Below are positions 48,976 through 56,500 of a stretch of 64,000 nucleotides of DNA, piece after piece. Each line of letters starts with the position of its first letter. Positions within the stretch are counted from its first letter, which is position 1. The translations under genes were made by a program, and so were the position numbers. The stretch lies in NCBI RefSeq assembly GCF_001194135.2, contig NC_068982.1, positions 98,880,006 to 98,944,005 on the forward strand, given 5' to 3'. The notes beneath the pieces are model-generated. The model was not told where the DNA came from, ran no database searches, and was given only the letters and a program-made list of their open reading frames with translations. The DNA comes from Octopus bimaculoides (taxonomy: Eukaryota).

Positions 48976-50909
48976 GGGAACCCCTCTATGCTGATGACCT
49001 TGCTCTAATTGCTGAGTTACTATCAGAACTAGAGAAGTTTCAGATGTGGAAGCAAGGATTAGAATTGAAGGGCCTTAGAGTCAACCTATCTAAAACCAAA
49101 GTCCTAATAAGTAGGAAGGTAAACAAAACACAAACCCCTTCAAGTAGATTGATCTGCTCGATCTGTAGAAAAATCGTAGGTAGAAACTCTATAAGATGTA
49201 CCCAGTGTAAGCTAGGAACACTTAAGAGGTGCAGCAATATCAAAGGAAAGCTAACTAGGAAGATAGTTTTTGTATGTGGACCGAATAGTGACTGGTGACG
49301 AGAAATAGGTTCTCTATAAAAATGTCAAGCTCTGAAGACAATGGTGAGGGAAAGGAGAAACACTGACACCCCAGGCTAAAAAAGGTCTTCACCCACGTAA
49401 AGTGTTGTTATCTGTTTGGTGGAGTTTGAATGGGAAATGATGCCCCACCCACCATATTTACTGAACATTGTCCCATCTGATTATCATTTATTCTGCAGTC
49501 TTCAAAATCATTTGGACAGAAAAAATACGAATTCTGTAGGCGAGGTCAGAACAGTACTGGAGGAGAATTTTTCCTCACGGACAAATGAATTTTGGAAGAG
49601 GGGACCTTGCAAGTTTACCAGATAGATAGAAGAAAATGAAAGAGAGTATATTTTAGATTAAAAAGAATTTTATCGTAATTTTGAAAAATAAAAGAAGTTA
49701 AAAAAAACCGCATTATTTATAGGATGATACAATATATTAGAAAAAATGAATGAATAGGCAAAACATGTATCACTATAGATCATGGAATTTATAATTCAAA
49801 TATAATTGCTTAGTTGTTAGAGAAAATAAGGGATTAAAAAGTACTGCACTTATATATACCTATTATATTGTCATTCAATGCAATTTTGTACTCTCTCTGT
49901 TTCTCTCTCTCTATACGTGTATGTGTGTGTGTGTGTGTGTGTGTAGTCATTTTTTTCCTTTAAGACTTGCATTCACATAATTATTTCTATTGTGTTGCAG
50001 CATGGGATCAGGGTATTCCACCAAGTGGTGAAATGTCACCTAATATATTAACATCCTCAGGGTCTCCTTTGTCTCTAGAATATGCCATGACTAGGGAAGC
50101 TGCTGAAGACGAGACAAAACCTCTACAGCCTGTTGTTAACATTATACCAGAGAGTTCAATAGAAGATGTTCTGGGGGTAGACAGCTCAGTTGAAATTGTT
50201 GGAGCAAAATTATCTTCTGTAAAAGAGCAACAAGCCATAGAAAGACGTGAAAGTGAAGGTATAGAAGAAAAAGATGCCACAGCAGAGGAAATCACTCAAG
50301 AAGCTCAAGATGAGGTAAGTAAACCAGCTGAAGCAGCTGAAGAAACTGAGAAACCACCTGAAGCTGCAGAAGAAACTGAAAAACCCCCTGAAGCTGCAGA
50401 AGCAACTGAGAAACCACCTGAAGCTGCAGAAGCAACTGAGAAACCACCTGAAGCTGCAGAAGAAACTGAAAAACCACCTGAAGCTGCAGAAGAAACTGAG
50501 AAACCACCTGAAGCTGCAGAGGAAACTGAGAAACCACCTGAAGCTGCAGAAGAAACTGAAAAACCCCCTGAAGCTGCAGAAGCAACTGAGAAACCACCTG
50601 AAGCTGCAGAAGAAACTGAAAAACCACCTGAAGCTGCAGAAGAAACTGAAAAACCACCTGAAGCTGCTNNNNNNNNNNNNNNNNNNNNNNNNNNNNNNNN
50701 NNNNNNNNNNNNNNNNNNNNNNNNNNNNNNNNNNNNNNNNNNNNNNNNNNNCAGAAGCAACTGAGAAACCACCTGAAGCTGCAGAAGCAACTGAGAAACC
50801 ACCTGAAGCTGCAGAAGAAACTGAAAAACCACCTGAAGCTGCAGAAGAAACTGAAAAACCACCTGAAGCTGCTGAGTTACCTGCAACGGTTGAAGAAGAA
50901 AGTAAATGA
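4332..50909 (+). CDS. NME8: Whole spliced CDS span (17 coding exons): thioredoxin domain-containing protein 3 homolog / NME8-NME9-like (Trx + 3x NDPK + acidic repeat tail)
   Basis: Exons join in one frame through GT-AG introns; exons 1-16 total 1726 nt. Translation gives a Trx fold ([12 protein letters not shown]) and three NDPK repeats (IKPDA...NALHGSD; IRPDA...NLIHGSD; IKPEA...NALHASS), the architecture of vertebrate NME8 and sea-urchin outer-arm dynein IC1. It is probably co-orthologous to both NME8 and NME9. Confidence 0.93.
4570..4900 (+). mobile_element. Decayed 3' fragment of an RTE (BovB-like) LINE ORF
   Basis: [39 protein letters not shown]...YPTCRATC resembles the RTE C-terminus (LKA.LK.C.I...WE..A.DR..WR......FE...CPTC). 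Confidence 0.65.
5139..5525 (-). mobile_element. SINE family B (CORE-like ggcaccttgggcaagtg body, internal CA/TA tract)
   Basis: Homologous to the copies at 26638, 33996, 46585 and 54429; pol III A/B-box-like head on the - strand. Confidence 0.85.
6152..6652 (-). mobile_element. SINE family A copy containing an assembly duplication around a 10-N gap
   Basis: 11-bp TSD aatactttagt at 6141-6151 and 6653-6663. Bases 6271-6368 are repeated at 6379-6476. Confidence 0.88.
6927..7622 (+). mobile_element. SINE family D copies (6927-7168 degenerate; 7291-7622)
   Basis: tRNA-like head ggctcagtggttagagcattgggctcacaatcatgagg...gattcc. Related copies at 29416-29704 (-), 48285-48420 (+) and 51540-51680 (-). 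Confidence 0.75.
8120..8335 (+). mobile_element. SINE family C copy
   Basis: Contains tttgcctttcatcc...gataaaataagtaccagttga...ctgggg, shared with the other family C copies. Confidence 0.8.
8436..9024. mobile_element. Probable solo LTR inserted in an older repeat
   Basis: Starts TGTAGC and ends CATTATA (possibly a mutated TG...CA). 4-bp TSD gtgg at 8432-8435 and 9025-9028, internal AATAAA. Removing it rejoins tttattgaggtgg|gttttcta of the host repeat. Confidence 0.5.
9458..9561 (+). CDS. NME8: NME8-like coding exon 2 ([35 protein letters not shown])
   Basis: Acceptor cttccag, donor GTAAGG, 104 nt, phase 1/0. Covers the thioredoxin active-site region. Confidence 0.95.
9815..10041. repeat. 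Pyrimidine-rich (CT/CCT) low-complexity tract with 20-bp units, running into an N-gap
   Basis: ccctcctcctcttccttctc repeated; gap at 10042-10430. Confidence 0.85.
10611..10925. mobile_element. Mariner-type MITE (315 bp) with an internal 16-bp tandem repeat
   Basis: TIR caaggtgttcaaaaagtttctcc / ggagagactttttgaacaccttg with TA on both sides. gactgtccaagagtca occurs about 3.7 times at 10655-10714. Confidence 0.88.
12239..12310 (+). CDS. NME8: NME8-like coding exon 3 ([24 protein letters not shown])
   Basis: Acceptor ttttcag, donor GTAAGT, 72 nt, phase 0/0. Matches NME8 AEADNI..L..FR.KCEP.FLF. Confidence 0.93.
12539..13405 (+). mobile_element. Internally deleted, decayed mariner transposon
   Basis: Imperfect TIRs caagggggtaccccaaag / cttttgggtatcccctcg with TA TSD. 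Transposase remnants [14 protein letters not shown]...TQVYE*F...[24 protein letters not shown] and [10 protein letters not shown]. Confidence 0.88.
13679..13795 (+). CDS. NME8: NME8-like coding exon 4 ([39 protein letters not shown])
   Basis: Acceptor cttgttag, donor GTTTGT, 117 nt, phase 0/0. End of the Trx domain. Confidence 0.92.
13923..14146. mobile_element. TTAA-flanked (piggyBac-type) MITE
   Basis: Ends (t)tgaatcctttagcatt / aatgctaaagggttaa. A second copy in the opposite orientation lies at 53555-53768. Confidence 0.7.
15703..15772 (+). CDS. NME8: NME8-like coding exon 5, acidic linker ([23 protein letters not shown])
   Basis: Purine-rich open frame with acceptor tgcaag and donor GTGATA. 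Phase 0/1 links exon 4 to exon 6 in frame. The exact donor is uncertain because nearby GTs are also frame-compatible. Confidence 0.75.
15945..16374 (-). mobile_element. Family E retroposon 3' end with (GAT)n tail
   Basis: (cat)n-gtttaacgtccgctttccatgctagcatgggttggacg.... Copies of different 5' length at 18754, 23911, 31895 and 33367 suggest 5'-truncated LINE/SINE 3' ends. Confidence 0.85.
16797..17425. repeat. Degenerate ~17-bp minisatellite (consensus tgttacagtacagttta)
   Basis: Recurrent gttacagtacag words over about 630 bp just upstream of exon 6. Confidence 0.8.
17505..17584 (+). CDS. NME8: NME8-like coding exon 6 ([27 protein letters not shown]), start of NDPK domain 1
   Basis: IKPDA NDPK signature. 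Acceptor ccaaaag, donor GTAAGT, phase 1/0. Confidence 0.92.
17874..17981. repeat. Compound microsatellite (TG)n(CG)n(CA)n(TC)n
   Basis: Directly visible. Confidence 0.95.
18754..19039 (-). mobile_element. Family E retroposon 3' end
   Basis: Same sequence as the 15945 copy, with a (cat)n tail. Confidence 0.85.
19566..19658 (+). CDS. NME8: NME8-like coding exon 7 ([31 protein letters not shown])
   Basis: Acceptor tttccag, donor GTGAGA, 93 nt, phase 0/0. Carries the NDPK A.EFY..H motif. Confidence 0.93.
19861..20245. repeat. Degenerate 31-32-bp minisatellite (cattaatccacctgtagctacctgtgatttgt), about 12 units
   Basis: ttaatcc anchors at 19863, 19894, 19926 and onward; units are head-to-tail with no spacers. 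Confidence 0.85.
20633..21100. mobile_element. Head-to-head pair of SINE family C copies (20633-20852 -, 20883-21100 +)
   Basis: The two ~220-bp arms are reverse complements (diverged) with a ~30-bp spacer. Confidence 0.85.
22063..22217 (+). CDS. NME8: NME8-like coding exon 8 ([20 protein letters not shown]...[19 protein letters not shown])
   Basis: Acceptor tttgcag, donor GTCAAA, 155 nt, phase 0/2. NDPK FMTSGP and LGP motifs. Confidence 0.94.
23515..25482 (-). mobile_element. Decayed Tc3-like (DD34E) transposon with a nested retroposon
   Basis: ATG at 25178 ([16 protein letters not shown]...). FQQDNVPIH...[13 protein letters not shown] with 34 residues between D and E. The C-terminus [13 protein letters not shown] resumes after an insertion. 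The motif ttcaaaactataaagcc occurs twice at each end in inverted orientation. Exact termini are uncertain. Confidence 0.85.
23911..24311 (-). mobile_element. Family E retroposon inserted into the Tc3-like transposase
   Basis: Splits ...KQYSSV | [10 protein letters not shown]; its (GAT)n tail merges with the target gatgaa. Confidence 0.85.
25712..25786 (+). CDS. NME8: NME8-like coding exon 9 ([25 protein letters not shown])
   Basis: Acceptor attacag, donor GTAAAT, 75 nt, phase 2/2. NxxHGSD motif. Confidence 0.94.
25911..26295 (+). mobile_element. SINE family A, full length
   Basis: A-box tggcccagtggttagg, B-box-like ggttttgattcc, (AAC)n tail. 8-bp TSD ttgttatt at 25903-25910 and 26296-26303. 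Confidence 0.9.
26438..26550 (+). CDS. NME8: NME8-like coding exon 10 ([38 protein letters not shown])
   Basis: Acceptor atttcag, donor GTATTG, 113 nt, phase 2/1. End of NDPK1 (ELGFFFP) and start of NDPK2 ([11 protein letters not shown]). Confidence 0.94.
26638..27198 (+). mobile_element. SINE family B full copy (26638-27030) plus a partial copy (27033-27198)
   Basis: Head aggtgcaggtgtagatgtgtgg...ggttctgggttcag; body homologous to the other family B copies. Confidence 0.82.
27766..28247. mobile_element. Long-TIR MITE (~110-bp TIRs, GG termini, 8-bp TSD); MULE- or Merlin-like
   Basis: 27766-27875 is the diverged reverse complement of 28140-28247. TSD cctatttt at 27758-27765 and 28248-28255. 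Confidence 0.7.
29089..29233 (+). CDS. NME8: NME8-like coding exon 11 ([19 protein letters not shown]...[21 protein letters not shown])
   Basis: Acceptor tattaag, donor GTAAAA, 145 nt, phase 1/2. Confidence 0.93.
29416..29704 (-). mobile_element. SINE family D copy
   Basis: Reverse complement of the 7291-7622 element. Confidence 0.8.
30395..30502 (+). CDS. NME8: NME8-like coding exon 12 ([36 protein letters not shown])
   Basis: Acceptor atttcag, donor GTAAGT, 108 nt, phase 2/2. Confidence 0.94.
31895..32200 (-). mobile_element. Family E retroposon 3' end
   Basis: (cat)n tail followed by the family E consensus. Confidence 0.85.
32560..32823. mobile_element. hAT (Charlie-type) MITE, 264 bp
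   Basis: Perfect 15-bp TIR caggggttttcaaac / gtttgaaaacccctg. Perfect 8-bp TSD tcctagac at 32552-32559 and 32824-32831, containing the CTAG target core. Confidence 0.93.
33367..33573 (+). mobile_element. Family E retroposon 3' end, + orientation
   Basis: Ends ...ctagcatggaaagcggatgttaaacgatgatga. Confidence 0.82.
33996..34400 (-). mobile_element. SINE family B, full length
   Basis: Homologous to the 46585-46993 copy in reverse orientation. Confidence 0.87.
34941..35089 (+). CDS. NME8: NME8-like coding exon 13 ([50 protein letters not shown])
   Basis: Acceptor aattcag, donor GTACAT, 149 nt, phase 2/1. HGSD of NDPK2 and IKPE of NDPK3. Confidence 0.95.
35870..38300 (-). mobile_element. Heavily decayed CR1/Jockey-group LINE ORF2 fragment
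   Basis: Minus-strand remnants in RT order: (Q)YGF near 37070, ISKAFDCI near 37120, PQG.VL near 36975 and HSYIDDVTL near 36610. Interrupted by (TA)n(GA)n at 37407-37477. Boundaries are approximate. Confidence 0.6.
38604..38742 (+). CDS. NME8: NME8-like coding exon 14 ([46 protein letters not shown])
   Basis: Acceptor tattcag, donor GTATGT, 139 nt, phase 1/2. Paralogous to exon 11. Confidence 0.93.
40446..41698 (+). mobile_element. Decayed, near full-length Hsmar1-like (cecropia-group) mariner
   Basis: TIRs caggttgagtaaaaagtaagc / gcttactttttactcagcct. Translation [14 protein letters not shown]...[16 protein letters not shown]...KKVMVSVWW...[10 protein letters not shown], then HDNA and HPAYSP, with frameshifts. 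Confidence 0.9.
42878..42985 (+). CDS. NME8: NME8-like coding exon 15 ([36 protein letters not shown])
   Basis: Acceptor tcttcag, donor GTAAGT, 108 nt, phase 2/2. Paralogous to exon 12. Confidence 0.94.
43479..43683. mobile_element. Tigger/pogo-type MITE, 205 bp
   Basis: TIR cagtaatccct.g..atc / gatagtcgagggattactg with TA on both sides. Confidence 0.82.
44311..46163 (+). mobile_element. Decayed Tc1-like DD37E (TRT-type) transposon with ~190-bp inverted repeats
   Basis: ATG 44839 [15 protein letters not shown]...; KVLFTD...[11 protein letters not shown]; MQDNVPLH...[12 protein letters not shown] with 37 residues between D and E. 44311-44500 is the diverged reverse complement of 45955-46163, with TA on both sides. 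Confidence 0.85.
44517..44822 (+). mobile_element. Chimeric SINE: family A 5' half with a different 3' half, inserted in the DD37E element
   Basis: 12-bp TSD tgacaatcgtgt at 44505-44516 and 44823-44834. Matches family A up to about 44709, then continues gctgcgatggactggcgtcccatccag.... Confidence 0.85.
46585..46993 (+). mobile_element. SINE family B, full length
   Basis: Head ggagtggctgtgtggtagg...ggttctgggttca; internal (TA)n; 3' end aaaagagtaaaag. Confidence 0.87.
47301..47407 (+). CDS. NME8: NME8-like coding exon 16 ([36 protein letters not shown])
   Basis: Acceptor ttcatag, donor GTAAGT, 107 nt, phase 2/1. End of NDPK3. Confidence 0.92.
47592..47978 (+). mobile_element. SINE family A, full length
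   Basis: Near-identical to 25911-26295, with an (AAC)n tail. Confidence 0.9.
48725..48972. repeat. Compound (CA)n/(TA)n microsatellite
   Basis: Directly visible. Confidence 0.95.
48972..49275 (+). mobile_element. RTE-clade LINE reverse-transcriptase fragment
   Basis: [14 protein letters not shown]...[24 protein letters not shown]...[19 protein letters not shown]: a YADD motif followed by the Cys-rich segment typical of RTE elements. Confidence 0.85.
49300..49733 (+). mobile_element. 3' fragment of a mariner transposon
   Basis: [28 protein letters not shown] matches the HPPYSPDLAPSDY.LF.SLQN.L motif. Confidence 0.8.
50001..50909 (+). CDS. NME8: NME8-like terminal coding exon 17: acidic tail with (KPPEAAE[E/A]TE)n, ending [11 protein letters not shown]
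   Basis: Acceptor gttgcag, and phase 1 matches exon 16. The frame is open to the N-gap (50669-50751); the repeat resumes after it and ends at TGA 50907-50909. AATAAA follows at 50938 and 50999. Confidence 0.85.
50321..50873 (+). repeat. 30-bp coding tandem repeat (aaaccacctgaagctgcagaagaaactgaa)
   Basis: 11 full units plus a partial before the gap; a partial, 3 full units and a partial after it. Confidence 0.97.
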
Positions 50910-50937
50910 CCTGAAGTTGAAAATTCAGCTCCCACAA

Positions 50938-51004
50938 AATAAAAATTGATAAACAATTAATGACTACCATTGAAAGTTCCATGTTTTGTAGTAGAATGAA
51001 TAAA
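50938..51004 (+). promoter_or_regulatory. Candidate polyadenylation signals of the NME8-like gene
   Basis: AATAAA at 50938-50943 and 50999-51004, about 30 and 90 nt after the stop codon. Confidence 0.5.
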
Positions 51005-52609
51005 TGTTACCATTTTCTTAATATCCAGATNNNNNNNNNNGAAATAATACATTTCTAAATCTCTCAGAGAGATTTATGCAGTAGTGATACGATGAAGTAG
51101 TTGTATGCTGTCAACTTAATGTGACAGTCCCCTGAAGAGAATAATAAGGACACAGGAAATGTGTCAAGGCCGACAGGAAGCGGTGCAGCTTCCTAGGTCT
51201 AACTAACAGTAGTATTATTCCCTTCAGGGGACTGTCACATTAAGTTGACCATTTTTCTTTACTGCAGCAGTATATGTGTGTGTGTGTGTGCTAGATAAAG
51301 GACTGTTGTAAGTGGCAAGATGATGAGTGATCCTTTTGCTTTCTTTTTTTTTATGTCAAAGACTATATTGTCTGTGATTTTCTCTATATAAGACAGCAAC
51401 CATAGCTATTACCATGCTTTTGTTAATAGTTTTAGATGCCTCTGTAATTGTGTGCCAACATAGACACCCTCTCAGCACTCCCACCTATGACCTAGTGGAA
51501 TAGTGAGGATATAACAGATGGAAGGAGCAGCATATGGCTGGTATTCAATCTCTGCTGAGAAGACAAGAGCAATGTGAAGTAATATGCATTTCATATGGAA
51601 GCAAGACACTGCTTGGTTCAGTAATGGAACTCATGGTCTTATGACTGTGAGTCCAACACTTTAACCATTTACACCACACGGTCATATGTAAAAGACTAAG
51701 GTATGATTTAAAGGACATTTGGTTGGTATGGAAAAACAAATGTAAAATGAAGATGATGGGATGGAAGAAGAGGATAAACGGCTTAGTAATTGTTTAAGTA
51801 TCTTGTCTCTGCTGGTTACTGTTTTAGGAACCCAATACAGATTTAGACTAAAGCACCTCAGTACTTAAGAAAATAGAAATATGGTTCTTATATAAAACAA
51901 ATAACTGAGAAAACACTTACCCCGCAGGGGAGGTATACTTACAGCCCTTGTGCTGGGATGTTCCAGAAGATCTAGATTGATCTATCGTGATATCTGGCTG
52001 CTGATTGGTCCATATCTTGGCTGCTCACACAAACAAGGTGTTGTTATGCTGTGATTTTAACTTCTTAATCACATGACTTGATTTACATATATGTATATGT
52101 GTGATTTTTTTATTGTCCACAAGGGGCCAACACAGTGTAGTGTGCATATATGTGTGTGTGCATGTATGTGGGTGTGTGTGTATGCATGTGTTTATGTGTG
52201 GGTACACATTAGCACCCATCCACGAGCTCATTGCTTAAATAGCCACTAAATATAGCAATGTAACATTATTGGATATACCAATTTTACATACTAAACACAT
52301 TCCTGACAGCTGGTACATAAATATAAAAGACCTGTAGGGATGGGTACTGATGGAGCAAAAACTCCTGAAATATGGCATATTTTTCATCTTTGATCTTATT
52401 GTTGTTTACATTAGGCATACTTGGATATGAGAAGTCATAGCAAAATTAATGCTGGCTATAATTTCTATAGAAAATCTGTAGAGATAACCTTAGCAAGTGA
52501 TGAAAAGTGCACTTCTAACACAGTAGAACACAGTATTGACATATAAAAGCATTTAATATACTTTATAGTATATTATGGTTGCATAACGAAATACGGTGTC
52601 CCTACAGGT

Positions 52610-53309
52610 CATTAATAGTTGCTTAAATGTAAGATAAGCCATTGTGAATTCTTCCAGTTTCCGAGTCTCTCTGAATTAGAGAAGGAAAAGCACGTACCAG
52701 AAAATGACATTCACACATATTGTTCACACTTAGTTAAGTTGCACAGAGACATGTCTGACAGATTTCAGGATATTTATTTTTGTTTAAAATACCAGTCTGG
52801 GTGATACTGAGATATTAGTAATGAGGAAACAAGAGTAGTGGAGGAAGAACTGGTTTCAAAATGACATTGAACTGAGGCCAAAGTTCAAAAAAATCTTATC
52901 AGGGTTTTTGATTGCAAAAGGACATCCTGCACTGTGGAATAAAGTCAAGATGTACTTGTAGGGCTTCAGAGCAGTTGCCCAGCCTCTTTCTAAGTAAATC
53001 ATTGAACACGGGGATGTGAAACTACTTCTCAGTAACTTTCAGCCTGGTGTTGAGAAGCTGATAATGCTACATAAAGTATATCCATTGCATTAAGAATACA
53101 TGAAAACAATGTTATTACAGGAGAGATGTAAATTTGTTCTTTCATATTGTAAAAACAGCAAATTGGGTTAACAAGTTTTATTTGTGAAATACAGTTGTTT
53201 TGAATTTGCAATAGAAAGAGATCCATGTTTGTGTGTATGTAAGTGGGGCACGAGGAATGTGGCCCGAGAGCTGAGAGGGCAGCAGTCTTAAAAAGTTTAG
53301 GAACCACTG
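52610..53309 (+). mobile_element. 3' fragment of a hAT (Charlie/SPIN-like) transposon with one TIR
   Basis: EFFQFPSLSELEK...YCSHLVKLHRDMSDRFQD, LWNKVK, GFRAV and GDVKLLLSNFQPGVEKL resemble the hAT C-terminal dimerisation region. Ends aaagtttaggaaccactg (reverse complement CAGTGGTTCCTAAACTTT), followed by gtttagaa. Confidence 0.8.
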
Positions 53310-53554
53310 GTTTAGAATATATAACTATTTTCATAATAGGTAGAAAATACCAGTATGTGTTCAAATCCTTGTAATTTCAAAATTGCGTGAGACAAACTTC
53401 AGGATGCCTAATGATGGAAAAGCAGTTTTCATCAGTTATGGAGGTGAAAATGGTAAAGTAGAATAGACAGACTATTCTAGAAAGTTAACTGAAACAATGT
53501 TTTTTCTTTTTGTCACTGATTTTGTACATCATTCATGGTCAAAATACTTAACTA

Positions 53555-53768
53555 TTAACCCTTTAGCATTCAAATTATTCTGTCAAATGTAATGCTTATT
53601 TATTCACATTGTTTTGAATTTATCATGTTATCTTGTAACCTTGAGATTTCGATTATGTGGCTGAATATTTTTTAGACTAACAATGTAGGGTAGGTGTGAG
53701 AGGTAGGATCTGGCCAGTTTGAACATAAAACGGGTAGAATATTTGGGTTGGATATGGCCGGTTTAAAT
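53555..53768. mobile_element. TTAA-flanked MITE with one end truncated
   Basis: Starts ttaaccctttagcattc; reverse complement of 13923-14146. Confidence 0.7.
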
Positions 53769-54589
53769 CACCTCACTGTGAGTAGAGTGATGAAGTTTAT
53801 TTCTTTTTACAATACAACCCAAGTAATTTGTGTGTATGTAGTATTGAAGTCAATGTTTCATGAGGTATAACCAGGGAAGATACTGGGTTTCCACTTATAT
53901 AACCAAAAATGCACCAAGAAGACTCTTCATGGTTGCTCTGTTTACAAGCAATAGAAACTAGAGATCCCTTAAAGTTGCTCCTATTGTCTTACCACATTAA
54001 TAAATATAGTCCCTGATATATAAAAAATAAGAGGCGGGATGCTCACAGCAGTTAACAGATCCAATAGGGGTCTAATTAATTAGGGCTGATTTGAGGCTAA
54101 AAAGTACCAGCACCATCCAAAAGAATTGCTTCTAACTTAGACACAAGACCAGCAATTTTGAAGGATGAATGTTAGTTGATACCATCAACCCTTGTATTTG
54201 ACTGGTACTTTATTTTATCCACCCCAGAGAGAGGAAAACAAATATGACCTCAAGTAAAAGAGTCTATCTGAGAATAATGCCAAAGGGTTGATCATTTGTA
54301 TTGAACAGAAGAAAAAAAAAAAACAATTACAGATTTAGTAGGTGGTTCTGACTTTTTGATTTTAAACTGCTGACAGAATATCTGTTGATATCTTGACACT
54401 AATCAGTTATGTCATTTTTCTTAATAATAGGTGCAGGTGTGGCTGTGTGGTAAGAAGCTTGCTCCCCAACCACATGGTTCTGGCTTCAGTCCCACTGCAT
54501 GGCACCTTGGGCAAGTGTCTTCTACTATAGCCTAAATGGAATTGTAACGGAAGAAAAATTTATTGGTAAATCTTAAGAGTCATTTTTTT

Positions 54590-56500
54590 TGTAGTAGTGC
54601 AGCTTATCAGCGGAGACTGTACGAGAAATCTAATTGCTTTGTGGTTGGTCCATAACACAAAGAGATCAAACATGCACTGTACTGCTACCAAATTCTTGGT
54701 AAGATCAAAAAACCTGATCCTGGGATTACTTCAGTAATTTCAAGCTGAGAGTCACTTCTGGGTTAGAGAACATCAGACTGGTATAGGTTGTGTGGTGGAG
54801 GAAAAATAGCATTATTCTTTTGGCTCTTGTCAGACCAAGGTGGAATGTAGAAAACCCATTATCTAGTTTTGGTCTCTGACAACCCCTGTAAAGAGCATTC
54901 ATGGATGATCTTGCCATAGCAACAACATTGATCCCAGGAAGTAGCTGGATCCTACCAAGACTTTAAGAAAGGATGAGTTTCAAGCAAACCATGTCAAGAT
55001 CCATGGTGCTAATGAAGGTGGTTGACAAATTCTGTTTCTAGGTATCTGGAACTGCTATACCTTCCATTAGAGAACAACCAGTCAAGAAAATGGGAAAGCC
55101 TTTTAACTCAAATTAAAAAAGCCTTTGATGTCTGGTTTATCAAGGAGGACAAGTTATGTCTATTTGTAGACCTAGATATATTAATATTTTATCCTGCTGG
55201 TTTTAATATTTTATGACCTCTGCTGGTTAACATGGTTTTAAAGACAACAGTTTGAGTTCCTTGAAAGGAAGATCAAACTTACTCTGTAGTGGTTGGACTT
55301 CTCTGCAGTTACAGCAATGCACTATGGTACAGGATCATTAACATCATGTTGCTCCAATTCAGTGGACTTACTGAAGGATTTATGATGGAACCAGCAAGTC
55401 CAAGAATATAGGGATTCCAAAGGAAAGTTGAGAAAGCAATGAGGGTAGTAGAATCACACCTAAAGCAAAAGGAGTTGGTGAGCATCATGGTAAAGGGCAG
55501 GGCAGACTTGGGACACTTTCCAAAGACCCAGAGTAAGGAGAAACACTATCTTATCTAGGAAGAGACCCTAGCAAGCATGGAAGAAGAGCAAGGGAGCAGG
55601 ATGCATGGGCAAGGTGGGAGAGTATACAACAGTGCAAAATTACCAGGTCAAACAATGCAAGTAGATTTCCATTGTCTGGGTCTTTCCCAAGGTTGTTTAC
55701 AAATACTGGAAAATCCTTATATTTAGAGTACAATGACATCTTACTACCCAGTCTGGTCCAAAAGTAGATTTTTAGGGCACCTCAGTAGCTTCCCAAAAGC
55801 ACCAGAAGAAGTCCACTATTGCTGGCACCAAACCAAGTTCTGAAGATGGTTGCTCAGATTATAGCCAGAGCTTTTAGCACAAGCAAACACCACCACATCC
55901 CAAAGAAGTCATTGAATTACCTTTGTCATATCTAGAAAGAGACCCTGTCCAGAATATCAAAAAAAAAAAAAAAAAAAGATTCACACACACACACACACAC
56001 ACCAATAAGGTCAGATTTCCTCCACATGATCTCTGACTGACAACTGAATGTTCATCTTGGTAGACAGCTGAAGTTTCCACAATACATTGTGCCAACATTT
56101 CTCATCATCTCTGAAGCAACAAAACGACTGCTGAGACTCACAATTATCAGGCAAGACTGTACTGAGGAAAAACAGGAGCACTGCGAGAACACAGACTGGA
56201 AGGTGCACAGAAGTGGGCTGTAGAGGCTTTGCAAGGACAGTCATTAAGTCCTCAACCAAATGGGTTTTACAAGGTTAGCAAAAAAAGAAAAAAAAAAAAA
56301 AGAAAAAACATTCAATCTATGAGTGAAGCCACAAATAAAGCTACTAGGTGGCTTTTGATTCAGAGGCCTGATCCATGGGAGGTTGCTGCTGGGATGCAAT
56401 TAAGTACCTGATCAACTCTAGCTGGGTTGCTTGGCTGAAGACATGATATTGACAGACCTGAAACCCTCAAATCACCCCAAGTTACATCTCTGATGAATAA
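54590..56500 (+). mobile_element. Decayed HERO-like RLE non-LTR retrotransposon (RT, RLE region and 3' UTR)
   Basis: Colinear remnants: QLI...LIALWL; KIKNLI..YFSNFKLRVTSG..TSDWYRL; QP..RAFMDDL (54895-54912); RMSFK...SRSMVL; IPSIREQPVK; FSGLTEGFM; GRADLG; QGAWARWE; GRQLKFPQYI; EVGCRGF (56210-56230); EATNKATRWL. Many stops and frameshifts. Confidence 0.85.

Noticed and set aside
50321-50873. 30-bp direct repeats as a CRISPR array (also the 31-bp array at 19861-20245)
   Set aside because: Units are head-to-tail with no unique spacers, no cas genes are present, and the context is an intron-containing animal gene.
50210-50982. Long minus-strand ORFs ([20 protein letters not shown] and [10 protein letters not shown] repeats)
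   Set aside because: These are antisense shadows of the stop-free 30-bp repeat. The + frame has a matching acceptor, phase, stop codon and poly(A) signals.
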